A DNA stretch of 64,000 nt from an uncultured Gemmatimonadota bacterium (GCA_964576115.1 CAZNUA010000001.1:124001-188000), one strand, 5' to 3'; counted from the stretch's first letter, positions 31,835-41,613 are shown. Program-made: numbers and translations. The notes: generated from the letters alone by a model not told the origin.

Positions 31835-33184
31835 ATGCCGCGCCTACGGTATGTATCACTCACGATCCTGGCTGTCGTGCTGCTCGGACCGGTATCACTT
31901 CAGGCCCAACGCCAGGGTTCCTTACAGAGCCGTCGACCGGCCGGGAGGGACACGGTGACCGCGGTCTCCGATTCACTGCAGACCGTGATCGCCGAACTCA
32001 CTGCCCGCCTGGCCCGGCTCGAAGAGGCCATCGAGGCCCGGGAGCGGGCGGCCCGGCTGCAGTCCCTGCGCGACCGGGCCCAGCAGCGCGCCGCCGGCAG
32101 CCGGGAAGAGACGGTCGATGCCCGTTCGGTCACCTTCTACGGCCGCCAGCGCCAGATGAACCAGCTCAATCCCGAGATCAGCATGACCGGCGATTTCATC
32201 GGGCTGGCCCGTTCGCCGCAATCACCGACCGGGACGACGAACCCGGCCTGGGACGGTATGGATTTCGCCGACAACCTGGCCTTCCTGCCGACCGGCAACC
32301 GCTTCTTCCTGCGGGCGGCGGAACTGAACGTGGTCGCCCCACTCGATCCCTTCACCCGGGGCAAGTTCTTCCTCGAGATCCCCGGCGACGGCAGCCTCGT
32401 GGTCGAAGAGGCCTACATGCAGTGGGTGGCGCACACCCATCTGAAGATCGGTCTGTTCCGCAACCAGTTCGGCCAGCTCAACCGCTGGCACGAACACGCC
32501 CTGCCCCAGGTGGACCGCCCCCACGTGCTGACCACCTTCTTCAACCAGGACGGGCTCGAGGGACTGGGAGTCTCGGCCAACTGGGTGCTGGGCAACCTCT
32601 GGTCGGACGTCAACGAGTTGACCATCGAGTATGTCTCCGGCGGGGACGGGATCAGTTTCGCCGGCGGCAAGGGGCACGACCGCGTGGCGGTGGCCCGGCT
32701 CAAGAACTACTACGATCTGTCGGGCGATACATACCTGGAGATCGGTCTGAGCGGGGCGCAGGGAGCCAACGATACCGCCGGTGACTACCTCTCGACGGTC
32801 GGCGGGATCGATGTCAACTACCGCTGGACGCCCGCCGGACGCAGTCACTACCGCACCTTCGAGGTGCGGGTCGAAGCGCTTTACAGCAGCCAGGAAACCG
32901 CCCTGGGAACGATCGACGCCTGGGGCGGGTATATTTCGGCCCAGAACCGCTTCGGGGCCCGGATCCTGGCCAGTGTGCGGCTCGATTACACCCAGCTCCC
33001 CTGGGATAAAGACGAAACGATCCAGGGTCTGGCGGCGACGCTGGACTTCTGGCAAAGCGAGTTCGTGTTCTTCAGGCTCCAGGTTGACACGGTGAAGATG
33101 TCCTTTGCCGACGACGATCCCATCAACCGCGTGATCCTGCAGACGGTGTGGTCGATGGGACCGCACAAGCACGAGGCATACTAG
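31835..33184 (+). CDS. Outer-membrane beta-barrel metal-uptake protein with N-terminal coiled coil
   Basis: Signal peptide, coiled coil, NPEIS, ELNVVAPLDPF, EEAYM, FGQLNRWHEHALPQVDRP, alternating beta strands, C-terminal GPHKHEAY; AAGGAG RBS. Confidence 0.75.
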   Translation: MPRLRYVSLTILAVVLLGPVSLQAQRQGSLQSRRPAGRDTVTAVSDSLQTVIAELTARLARLEEAIEARERAARLQSLRDRAQQRAAGSREETVDARSVTFYGRQRQMNQLNPEISMTGDFIGLARSPQSPTGTTNPAWDGMDFADNLAFLPTGNRFFLRAAELNVVAPLDPFTRGKFFLEIPGDGSLVVEEAYMQWVAHTHLKIGLFRNQFGQLNRWHEHALPQVDRPHVLTTFFNQDGLEGLGVSANWVLGNLWSDVNELTIEYVSGGDGISFAGGKGHDRVAVARLKNYYDLSGDTYLEIGLSGAQGANDTAGDYLSTVGGIDVNYRWTPAGRSHYRTFEVRVEALYSSQETALGTIDAWGGYISAQNRFGARILASVRLDYTQLPWDKDETIQGLAATLDFWQSEFVFFRLQVDTVKMSFADDDPINRVILQTVWSMGPHKHEAY

Positions 33185-33242
33185 TGTCTCCCCACGGGAG
33201 TCGGACTGACTCCCGGGCCGGAACACGAGAGGAGATTCAGTC

Positions 33243-34286
33243 ATGAAACGCGTTACTCTCTGCACCATCACCGCCCTGGTGTTCTTTGCAACACTCGGGT
33301 CCGGTCTGCCGCAGGAGCCGATCAAAGTCGTGGGCAGCGTGCCCGACTTCGCGGCTCTGGCGGACGAGATCGGGGGGGACCTGGTGGATGCCTCCTTTAT
33401 CGCCCAGGGCAATCAGGATCCCCACTTCGTCCCGCCGAAACCGAGTCTGGCCCTCCTGCTGGCCGATGCCGATCTCTTCATCCAGACCGGTATCGACCTC
33501 GAGATGTGGGCCCCGCCCCTGATCGACAAGGCGCGCAACCGCAACATCATGGAGGGTGCCGACGGCTACGTTGCGGTCACCTCGGGAATCGATCTGATCG
33601 ATGTGCACGCCGCGGCCGACCGCTCGGCCGGCGACATCCACGTCCACGGCAACCCGCACATCCAGACCTGCCCGGCCCGCATCCGCCTGGCCGCCGCCAA
33701 CGTCCTGATCGGCCTGCAGAAGGTGGATCCGGACCACAGTGCGGAGTACGAGCAGGGCTATGAGGATTTCCTCGACCGCTGGGACCGGGCCCTGTTCGGG
33801 GATGAACTCGTCGATCTGCTCGGCGGCGATCTGCTGATCGACATGATCATGAATGCGAGTCTCTTCGACTTCCTCGGAAGCGAGGAGTTCGACGGCGGCA
33901 CCCTGCTCGACCACCTCGGCGGCTGGTACGCCAAGGCCGCTCCCCTGCGGGGACTGAAGATCATCGCCTATCACAAGAACTGGTCGTACTTCGCCCGGGC
34001 TTTCGGGATGGAGATCGTGGACTTCGTCGAACCCAAACCGGGCATCCCCCCCACCGCACGCCACGTCAAGCATGTGATTGACGAGATCAACGAATACGGC
34101 ATCGACCTGATGCTGGTGGCTAACTACTTCGAACGGAACACTCCGGGCAAGATCGAGGAACGCACCGGAGTCCGGGCGATCTTCCTGCCCATCTCGGTCA
34201 CCGGTGAGCCGGGCACCGATACGCTCTTCGATCTCTACGACTACTGGCTCGACACGATCCTGGCGGCGATGGCCGGGACGGGCTGA
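33243..34286 (+). CDS. Metal ABC transporter substrate-binding protein (ZnuA/TroA family)
   Basis: EIGGD.V, QDPHFV.PKPS, ADLFIQTGIDLE.W, HVHGNPH, YHKNWSYF, EPKPGIPPT. Confidence 0.92.
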   Translation: MKRVTLCTITALVFFATLGSGLPQEPIKVVGSVPDFAALADEIGGDLVDASFIAQGNQDPHFVPPKPSLALLLADADLFIQTGIDLEMWAPPLIDKARNRNIMEGADGYVAVTSGIDLIDVHAAADRSAGDIHVHGNPHIQTCPARIRLAAANVLIGLQKVDPDHSAEYEQGYEDFLDRWDRALFGDELVDLLGGDLLIDMIMNASLFDFLGSEEFDGGTLLDHLGGWYAKAAPLRGLKIIAYHKNWSYFARAFGMEIVDFVEPKPGIPPTARHVKHVIDEINEYGIDLMLVANYFERNTPGKIEERTGVRAIFLPISVTGEPGTDTLFDLYDYWLDTILAAMAGTG

Positions 34287-34312
34287 ACGCCGACGGTAAG
34301 GAGACACGCTCC

Positions 34313-35152
34313 ATGGGTGAAATCATAGCTTTCCTCTTCCCTCCCTTCGTGGTCACCCTGGCCATCGTGGCGATCCACGTCTACCTCGGCATCCACGTGA
34401 TCGAGCGGGAGGTCATCTTCGTCGACCTGGCCCTGGCCCAGATCGCCGCCCTGGGATCGATCGTGGCCTTCGTGATCGAGCCGGGCGGCCCGGTCACCCA
34501 CACCTACACCTGGTCGATCCTGTTCGTGATCATCGGTTCGGCGATCTTCAGCATCACCCGGGTGCGCAACCAGCGGATCCCGCAAGAGGCGATCATCGGC
34601 ATCGCCTACGTGATCGCCACCGCGGCCTCGATCATCGTGGCCGACCAGTCGGCCGGCGGCGCCGAACACATCAAGGAAACCCTGATGGGGGCCATCCTCT
34701 GGGTCAACTGGGGGACGATCGTGCCGCTGGCGCTCTTTTATGCGGTGATCGCCGGCCTGCACTGGCTGCTGCGCAAGCGGTTCATGGCACTGACCGAGGA
34801 GTACCGCAACGGGGTGTTCTCAAAGGGCGACCGCTGGCTCGACTTTCTTTTCTACCTCACTTTCGGGCTGGTGATCGTCTTCAGCGTCAAGGTGGCGGGG
34901 GTGCTGCTCGTCTTCAGCTTCCTGGTCATCCCGACCGCGATCTCGGCCCTCTATGCCACGTCGTGGAAGATCCGTCTGCTGATCGGCTGGGGGGTGGGTG
35001 TCCTGGTCACCCTGCTGGGATTGATGATGTCGTGGTGGATCGACGTGCCCTGCGGACCTGTCATCGTCATCCTGCTGGGGCTCTTTCTGGTCCTGGCGGC
35101 GGTGCTGCGGCCGCTGATCGCGAAAACGGCACAGGATGCGGGGGGCAGTTGA
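34313..35152 (+). CDS. Metal ABC transporter permease (ABC-3/ZnuB family)
   Basis: YLGIHVIEREVIFVDLALAQIAALG, EAIIGIAY, AGVLLVFSFLVIP; multiple TM helices. Confidence 0.9.
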   Translation: MGEIIAFLFPPFVVTLAIVAIHVYLGIHVIEREVIFVDLALAQIAALGSIVAFVIEPGGPVTHTYTWSILFVIIGSAIFSITRVRNQRIPQEAIIGIAYVIATAASIIVADQSAGGAEHIKETLMGAILWVNWGTIVPLALFYAVIAGLHWLLRKRFMALTEEYRNGVFSKGDRWLDFLFYLTFGLVIVFSVKVAGVLLVFSFLVIPTAISALYATSWKIRLLIGWGVGVLVTLLGLMMSWWIDVPCGPVIVILLGLFLVLAAVLRPLIAKTAQDAGGS

Positions 35153-35309
35153 CCGGATCTGACCGGGCGCAACGCCGGTCCGGGTCGGGCGGAACAGAAC
35201 ATCGCGAACCACCGGCCGGGCGCCGCCGAAGAATGTGGCGGCTCCCGGCCGTGAGTCCTGTATCTGCCGCTCTCAGGTGATCCGGCCCGGGCGGACCCGC
35301 GACTCTGTC

Positions 35310-35621
35310 CTACATTTCGAGCTGTTCGATTTCCTCCATCAGGGGCACGTACTGCTCATACGTCAGAGCCTGCCAGCTTTCGGCGGTCAGGGCCCCCTGA
35401 CTGCGGGAGATGAGCGAGACCTTGTGCGCCATCTCCTCTCCCGGGGCTTCGTAGATGTCCATGAAATCGTAGGGCCCCAGAATGGCGTAGTGGGCCAGAA
35501 AGGTCACCTCGGGGCAGAGGGAGCGGACCTTTTCGAGCCAGGAACGTCCGACCGCCCGCCGGCCGCGCGGATCGTGCATGGCATCGGGACCCAGCTTGGT
35601 CATCAGAATGTAGGTCGGCAT
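35310..35621 (-). CDS. GYD domain-containing protein
   Basis: MPTYILMTKL, YAILGPYDFMDIYEAP; GGAGGA RBS. Confidence 0.85.
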   Translation of the reverse strand: MPTYILMTKLGPDAMHDPRGRRAVGRSWLEKVRSLCPEVTFLAHYAILGPYDFMDIYEAPGEEMAHKVSLISRSQGALTAESWQALTYEQYVPLMEEIEQLEM

Positions 35622-35885
35622 GGTATCCTCCTCCGGGTACCGGGGTACGTTCACACAGTCTAACGAACCGGAGCCGTCCGGTTCAATACGACCGGAGACG
35701 GCCCGAGACCGGTATCACGACACCGGCGGTGACGGGATGAGAACACCGGCTGTGTCCCGCCGGTCACACCGAGAATTACAACGGATTCCCCGGCCGCCCG
35801 GGCGTATTCCACTGAAGAGCCCCAACTGAATATATCCCAACACCTTGCCGGGCTTCTCCGGCTGCCGTTCCGACCCCGCGGGGAT

Positions 35886-35900
35886 TGGCACGCTTGTTGT
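35886..35900 (+). promoter_or_regulatory. Candidate sigma-54 promoter
   Basis: TGGCACG-CTTG-TTGT matches TGGCACG-N4-TTGC with one mismatch at -12; about 50 bp upstream of ATG 35949. Confidence 0.5.
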
Positions 35901-35948
35901 TCACCTACAGCAGCCGACAACCATCTCTCTGTCCTGCGGAGGCTGACC

Positions 35949-36779
35949 ATGCGATATACGTCAGGAGCAGCGTCACGATCCGGCAGGCTACCGGTTCTCT
36001 GCACCCTGTTCCTCACCCTTGCGGCCTGCACGGCGATTCCGATGCACGAGAGCGCGACTCCCGAAACCCTGGGCCGGGGGGGCGTACGGCTCGGTCTGCT
36101 CGGGATCGGAATCGCGCCGACCATGTTCGTCACCCCCGAAGAGGATGAAGCGGCAGAGTATAGACACTATCCCGATCATACGAAGGAGGGCACCTGCACC
36201 ATCTCGCATGCTCTGGCGGTGGGTCTGGGTGACCGCCTAGACGGGGAGATCGGATTCTACTACGGCTTCAACAGTTACGGCTGGGGAACCGGTCTGAAGT
36301 ACCAGTGGCTGGGCTCGAGCCGCATTTTCAGTCCCGACCGGGGCACCTTCTCATCATCGATCGCCCTGCGCTTCCTGCACCTCTGTTCGGGCCAGAGGGT
36401 CTGGGAACCCGGCTATGGGGAGGATGTCGAAGACATCTTTCACGGCCGGGGCACATCCTTCCAGGTCTCACTGCCCACAGGTTACCGGCTGGCGTCGTGG
36501 TTTACGGTCTACCTCGCCCCGAAAGTCGTCTGGGGCGGATTGCAGGCGTCATTCAGAGATTACCCCGAAGCCGGGTGTACGACCCAGGTGCAGAAGGACT
36601 ATGCCGGCTACGGGGGTTCGGTGGGAGTGGGAATTCATCCTCACGGGGAACGGGGCGGTTTCGAGCTCCGCTTCGAACTCTACCGCATGAATCTGCCGCT
36701 CATGACCGACGGAGTCCGCGGCAGGTTCGGCGGTGGCGTCCTCACCATGGCCCTGCCTCTCAGAGTGGGAGGGCGGTGA
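35949..36779 (+). CDS. Hypothetical outer-membrane beta-strand lipoprotein (paralog 1)
   Basis: LAAC lipobox, TPETLG.GGVR motif, amphipathic beta strands; GGAGG RBS. Confidence 0.7.
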   Translation: MRYTSGAASRSGRLPVLCTLFLTLAACTAIPMHESATPETLGRGGVRLGLLGIGIAPTMFVTPEEDEAAEYRHYPDHTKEGTCTISHALAVGLGDRLDGEIGFYYGFNSYGWGTGLKYQWLGSSRIFSPDRGTFSSSIALRFLHLCSGQRVWEPGYGEDVEDIFHGRGTSFQVSLPTGYRLASWFTVYLAPKVVWGGLQASFRDYPEAGCTTQVQKDYAGYGGSVGVGIHPHGERGGFELRFELYRMNLPLMTDGVRGRFGGGVLTMALPLRVGGR

Positions 36780-36780
36780 C

Positions 36781-37551
36781 ATGAAACTTTCCTGCGCAGA
36801 GTTCCTGCTGTTCTCAGGACTGTTCCTGATCGCAAACGGATGCGCCATGACGATCCCGATGAGCGAGTTCGGCACCCCGGAGACACTCGGAGCGGGTGGC
36901 GTGCGGGTCCAGCCCCTCGGCGTGGGAACAGCCCCGCTGGTCCGTCAGGAACCATCGGAGACACAGTCATGGTTCGGGGCCAGGACCCAGGCGGTTGCAT
37001 CGGCCGGCCTTGCGGTCGGTGTTCACGACCAGGTCGATCTCGAATTCTCGCTCTTCGCGGGCCTGGGTGCAGCCGCCCGTTTCGGTCTGAAATGGCAGCT
37101 TCTCGGCAGCGACCATTATTTCGACGCGCACAGCGAAACGTGGATCGCTTCGGTGGCTGCACGCTATACCATAGCCGAGAACGGCGATCCAAACGATCCG
37201 TATCCCGATCCGAGTGCCGACTTCGCCGCCGCCGCGCACTATCTGCAACTCTCCTTCCCGGTCGGATACCGCCTGACCCCAGCCGCCAGCTGGTATGCCG
37301 CACCGAAGCTGATCACCGGTGACGTGAACCTCGCAACCCGCAACGGGGACGACAACGGCTGGACCCGGCTCCGGGAGAACTACTGGGGATACGGCTGTTC
37401 AACCGGTGTCGGACTCCATCCCCACAGCCGGCACCTGGGGATCGAACTTCTCTCCGAAGTCAGTTTCATGAACCTGCCGGCTCCCGACCTGACCGGTCGC
37501 ACCACATACATCTGCGTCAACCTGAGCCTGGCCCTACCCTTTCATTTCTGA
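36781..37551 (+). CDS. Hypothetical outer-membrane beta-strand lipoprotein (paralog 2)
   Basis: ANGC lipobox, TPETLG.GGVR, GLKWQLLGS, C-terminal Phe; colinear similarity to the upstream gene. Confidence 0.7.
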   Translation: MKLSCAEFLLFSGLFLIANGCAMTIPMSEFGTPETLGAGGVRVQPLGVGTAPLVRQEPSETQSWFGARTQAVASAGLAVGVHDQVDLEFSLFAGLGAAARFGLKWQLLGSDHYFDAHSETWIASVAARYTIAENGDPNDPYPDPSADFAAAAHYLQLSFPVGYRLTPAASWYAAPKLITGDVNLATRNGDDNGWTRLRENYWGYGCSTGVGLHPHSRHLGIELLSEVSFMNLPAPDLTGRTTYICVNLSLALPFHF

Positions 37552-37557
37552 TCCGCT

Positions 37558-38466
37558 TCAGTAGAAGCGGTGCAGACCCGCCCGCCGGGCCGCCTCGCGG
37601 GCCTGTTCGTACTCCTCACCGCGCAGGGGACGGTCGATATCGGGGTGCTCGCCGGCCCGGTAGAGGGGCCGGTACTGGGCCATGACGTTCACGGCCGTAT
37701 CGGGCGAGAGCTCGTCGGCCAGAAAGCGCATGTTCTCGGCACTGCCGGCTGCATCCCCGGGCAGGACCAGGTGCCGCACCAGCAAACCCCGCCGGGCCAC
37801 CCCGGCGGCATCGGTCACCAGATCACCGACCTGGCGGTGCATCTCGCGCAGAGCGGTCCGAGCCACGGCGGGGTAGTCAGGTGCGCCTGAGAGCCGGCCG
37901 GCCACCTCCTCTGACGCGTACTTGAGATCGGGCATGTAGATATCCACGATCCCCTCGAGTTCGCCGAGCGTTTCGAGGCTATCGTACCCGCCGGTGTTGT
38001 AGACCAGAGGCAGGTTCAGACCCCGGGCGGCCGCCAGTTCGAGGGCCGCCACGATCTGCGGCACGACATGGGAGGGAGTGACCAGATTGATATTGTGACA
38101 GCCGGTCTGCTGCAGGTTCAGCATGACCGTGGCCAGCTCGGCTGCCGTGAGTTCGCGCCCCGCCCGACCGTGGCTGATATCGTGATTCTGACAGAAGATG
38201 CAGCGCAGGTTGCAGCCCGAGAAGAAGATGGTGCCGCTCCCCCGCCGGCCGGTAATGGGCGCTTCCTCGCCGAAGTGCGGTCCGGCGCTGGCCACCACCG
38301 CGCGGGCTCCGATGCCGCAGATCCGACCCGGTTCCCGGCGGCGGTCGGTCGAGCAGCGACGAGGGCAGAGAGTGCAGGCCGCATGGTGCTGTTCCAGCCT
38401 GCGCCGCCGGCGGGCCAGCTCACCGGTCCGGTACAGCGCCAGATAAGCGGGCGAGGGATCCGACAT
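37558..38466 (-). CDS. Radical SAM protein, PflX-like
   Basis: CTLCPRRC, PHFGEEAPITG..GSGTIFFSGCNLRCIFCQN (CxxxCxxC), HNINLVTPSH, DIYMPDLKY, RHLVLPG. Confidence 0.93.
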   Translation of the reverse strand: MSDPSPAYLALYRTGELARRRRRLEQHHAACTLCPRRCSTDRRREPGRICGIGARAVVASAGPHFGEEAPITGRRGSGTIFFSGCNLRCIFCQNHDISHGRAGRELTAAELATVMLNLQQTGCHNINLVTPSHVVPQIVAALELAAARGLNLPLVYNTGGYDSLETLGELEGIVDIYMPDLKYASEEVAGRLSGAPDYPAVARTALREMHRQVGDLVTDAAGVARRGLLVRHLVLPGDAAGSAENMRFLADELSPDTAVNVMAQYRPLYRAGEHPDIDRPLRGEEYEQAREAARRAGLHRFY

Positions 38467-38668
38467 GAACGGGTGACCTCCGGGTCGTGATGCCCCTGGA
38501 CGCTGCCGTATCCGCCCCGTAAGCTGGTAATCGAGCGGTCGCTTCGGATGCGGACCGGGACGGTGTACCGAGACTGAAACGCGGACAGGGACCGTCATCC
38601 GAACGCGAACATGCTACGCGGCCCCCTCGGGAGAGATCAAGGAGAAGGGCTCTGCTTGCGAGCCGACC

Positions 38669-39106
38669 ATGAAGCTGTCCAAGAAAGGTATCTACGCCCT
38701 GCGGGTGCTCCGGCACCTGGCGGCCTCGTACGGACACGGCCCCGTCTCCGCGGCTTTGCTGGCCGAGAAAGAAGAGCTCCCGGTCAAGTTCCTCGAGAGC
38801 ATTCTCACCACCCTGCGCAAACGCGGCATCCTGGTGAGCCAGCGCGGCAAGGTGGGCGGCTACGCCCTGCGCCAACCCCCCGAAGAGATCACTCTCGGAG
38901 ATATCATCCGGGCGGTGGACGGCCCGCTGGCTCCCATCCCCTGCGCCAGCCGCACCGCTCCGATCGCCGAGTGCGACGACTGCCCGTACGATCTCGAAAC
39001 CTGCTGGCTGCGGGCGCTCATGCTGCGGGTGCGCGACAATATCAGTGAGATCCTCGACCGCGAAACCCTGGCCCAGATGGCCGAAGAGGCGGCTGCACGC
39101 GACTGA
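38669..39106 (+). CDS. Rrf2 family transcriptional regulator
   Basis: YALRVL, KFLESIL..LR..G.L.S.RG..GGY.L, ITLGDIIRAVDGPLAP, four C-terminal Cys. Confidence 0.93.
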   Translation: MKLSKKGIYALRVLRHLAASYGHGPVSAALLAEKEELPVKFLESILTTLRKRGILVSQRGKVGGYALRQPPEEITLGDIIRAVDGPLAPIPCASRTAPIAECDDCPYDLETCWLRALMLRVRDNISEILDRETLAQMAEEAAARD

Positions 39107-39146
39107 GTTCACCGTTTCGTTGTGCTCACGCGACGGTTGCTCTCTA

Positions 39147-39241
39147 CTCTTTCCGACTTCCTCTCCTCTTTCCGATTGCTTCTCTTCTTCCCGATTCCCC
39201 ATTGTCTTTCGCTTTCTTCCTCCTTTTTCCGATTCAAGAGT
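39147..39241. repeat. Degenerate pyrimidine-rich tandem repeat, 19-bp period, about 5 units
   Basis: ctctttccgacttcctctc / ctctttccgattgcttctc / ttcttcccgattccccatt / gtctttcgctttcttcctc / ctttttccgattc; YCCGA at 39152, 39171, 39190, 39228. Confidence 0.65.
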
Positions 39242-39292
39242 GTATTCCATACATGATTGAGCTTGATAACAGGGGTGGGACGGCATTATAAA

Positions 39293-39309
39293 CCTATTAC
39301 ACCAATAGG
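39293..39309. promoter_or_regulatory. Inverted repeat CCTATT-N5-AATAGG; candidate Rrf2-regulator operator
   Basis: Perfect 6-5-6 palindrome in an AT-rich island between the rrf2 gene and the tauE-like gene. Confidence 0.55.
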
Positions 39310-39362
39310 AATTAGATGATAAGAATGCCCTCTCCGGGCCCGGTGAAAGGTGTTCGAGCTCC

Positions 39363-40232
39363 ATGCCCGATCCGCAGCTGCTGCGCCGCATCTGGACGGT
39401 CTGTCTCGTGGTTGTCGGGACGGCCCTGATCGCCCTGACTCTGACCCGGAACTTCTCGCTCGCGGCCGGCCTCGGCCGGGGTTCCGCTCTCTTCTTCTCT
39501 CTGGCTCTGCTGGCCTTCTTCTGCGAGTTCGTGGACAGCTCGCTCGGCATGGGATACGGCACGACCCTGACACCGATTCTGCTCATTGTCGGCTTCTCCC
39601 CTCTCGAGATCGTCCCGGCGGTGCTCTTCTCCGAACTGATCTCCGGCCTCTCGGCCGGCCTGATGCACCACCGGCTCGGAAACGTCGACCTGGGCCGCGG
39701 CAGCCGGGCCCGGCGGATCACGACGATCCTGGCCGGCTGCTCGGTCCTGGGGGCGGTGACTTCGGTCGTGGTCGCGGTCAGCCTGCCGAACAGTCTGGTC
39801 AAGCTCTACATCGGGGTCATGATCCTCGGGATCGGGCTCTTCATTCTCATCGGCCGCCATGTCGCCGGATCCTTCTCCTGGCCGAAGATCATCGGACTGG
39901 GAACCCTGGCCGCTTTCAACAAGGGTATCTCCGGCGGCGGCTACGGACCCCTGGTGACCGGCGGGCAGGTACTGGTGGGGGTTCCGGAAAAACAGGCCGT
40001 GGGGATCACCTCGTTCGCCGAAGGGGTCATGTGCCTGGTCGGACTGGCGCTCTACCTGGTGCTCGAGGGCGCCCTGGCCTGGTATCTGGCCGCCCCGCTG
40101 GCCCTGGGAGCCATTGTTTCAGTGCCGGCGGCGACCTGGACCGTCAAGATCCTGCCCGAGAAGCTGCTCCGGCAGTCGATCGGATACGCGACCATTTTTC
40201 TGGGAACGCTCACGATCATCAAACTGCTCTGA
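39363..40232 (+). CDS. Sulfite exporter TauE/SafE family protein
   Basis: EFVDSSLGMGYGTTLTP, HHRLGNVD, ISGGGYGP, AVG..SFAE. Confidence 0.9.
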   Translation: MPDPQLLRRIWTVCLVVVGTALIALTLTRNFSLAAGLGRGSALFFSLALLAFFCEFVDSSLGMGYGTTLTPILLIVGFSPLEIVPAVLFSELISGLSAGLMHHRLGNVDLGRGSRARRITTILAGCSVLGAVTSVVVAVSLPNSLVKLYIGVMILGIGLFILIGRHVAGSFSWPKIIGLGTLAAFNKGISGGGYGPLVTGGQVLVGVPEKQAVGITSFAEGVMCLVGLALYLVLEGALAWYLAAPLALGAIVSVPAATWTVKILPEKLLRQSIGYATIFLGTLTIIKLL

Positions 40233-40335
40233 ACCGAGGCCGCGCTGGCGCTCCCGGCTCTTCACCCGCTACCCTGTCACTCGTCCGTTCCGGGTACCGA
40301 ACCCGGCCGGAAAACGGGAGAGGCGGAGAGAGCCG

Positions 40336-41448
40336 GTGAAACGGGAACATGATTCGATCGCCGGGAGACAGATCTGGATCGCGACCGAGGATTACCCCCC
40401 AAAACTCGGCGGACTGGCCCGCTGGAGTGAGAATACCGCCCGGGCCCTTTCCGATCGGGGAGCCCGGGTCACGGTCCTGGCCAAGAAGGCCGATCCCGCC
40501 CGCCACCGCGACGCCGCCTGGACCGTCGTTGGCGTCACCGGCCCCGACTTCCCCCGCTGGCGCCGGTTCCACTTCCGGCGCACCGGACGAGGTGTGCAAC
40601 GCACCGGCAACGCACCCGACCTCATCATCGCTTCCACCTGGCATGTAGGCGAAGCCTTCGCCGGCCGCCGTCCCCGGGTTCCGCTCACCATCGCGATCCA
40701 CGGCCTGGAAGTATTCACATCGTGGCCGGCGGTACGGCGACGGAGAATGGCGAAAACCCTCTCGGCGGCCGATCGCCTGGTGGCGGCCAGCGCCTATACC
40801 GCCGGGCGGGTTCGCGAGATCGTACCCGGCCGGGACATTGCAGTCGGCCTGAACGGCATCGACCGAGAGGTCTTCGCGCCCCCCGGCCGGCTCCTGCCCC
40901 CCGACCGCGACCTGCAGCTGCTCTCGGTCGGCCGGCTGGTGGAACGCAAACGGTTCGATCTGGTGCTCGAGGTCGTTGCCGCCGCGACCGAGCGGGGATT
41001 GGATGTCGGCCTCTGGATCATCGGCCGGGGTCCCCTCGAGCCCGATCTGCGCGCCCGGGCGGCCGAACGGGGAATCGATGACCGGGTGCGGTTCCTGGGA
41101 GCGCGCACCGATCGAGAACTGGCCGTTTATTATCGCTCGGCCGACCTCTTTGTCTCGCCCTGCCAGTCCGATCCCGGAACGGGCGATGTCGAGGGCTTCG
41201 GTCTGACTTTCGTCGAGGCGGCGGCCTGCGGTACGCCCGCGGTCGCTCTGGCCGAAGGAGGCGTGACCGACGCCGTCGAAGACGGGTTCTCTGGGGTACT
41301 CACCACCCGCGACGATTTCGTGGCCCGGACTCTCGTGTTGCTGGGAGACCGCCCCCGGATCGACCGGCTGAGCGAGCAGGCAGCCGAACGGGCCCGCCGT
41401 TTCGATATCCGGAGGGTGGTGACCAATCTGCTCCCCGAAGGATTCTGA
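40336..41448 (+). CDS. Glycosyltransferase family 4
   Basis: DYPPKLGG, IHGLE, SVGRLVERK, YRSADLFV, EGFGLTFVEAAACGTP. Confidence 0.92.
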   Translation: MKREHDSIAGRQIWIATEDYPPKLGGLARWSENTARALSDRGARVTVLAKKADPARHRDAAWTVVGVTGPDFPRWRRFHFRRTGRGVQRTGNAPDLIIASTWHVGEAFAGRRPRVPLTIAIHGLEVFTSWPAVRRRRMAKTLSAADRLVAASAYTAGRVREIVPGRDIAVGLNGIDREVFAPPGRLLPPDRDLQLLSVGRLVERKRFDLVLEVVAAATERGLDVGLWIIGRGPLEPDLRARAAERGIDDRVRFLGARTDRELAVYYRSADLFVSPCQSDPGTGDVEGFGLTFVEAAACGTPAVALAEGGVTDAVEDGFSGVLTTRDDFVARTLVLLGDRPRIDRLSEQAAERARRFDIRRVVTNLLPEGF

Positions 41449-41613
41449 ATCCGGCCGGAGCACAACGCCGCCGGCCGGCGGCAGAATCCGGGCCGGGTCA
41501 AGGAACGAGCGGAAGCGGTTGAGCCGGGGAGTTCCCCGGCCTACTTTGGGTGAGGCCGGCCCCCGGCGCCGGCAGCGGCAGACAGAGAGGCCGTATCACG
41601 GGAGGGCCCTATC

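Noticed and set aside
39147-39241. CRISPR array (also considered for 62258-62299)
   Set aside because: Repeats are contiguous without unique spacers, too short, and no cas genes are present.
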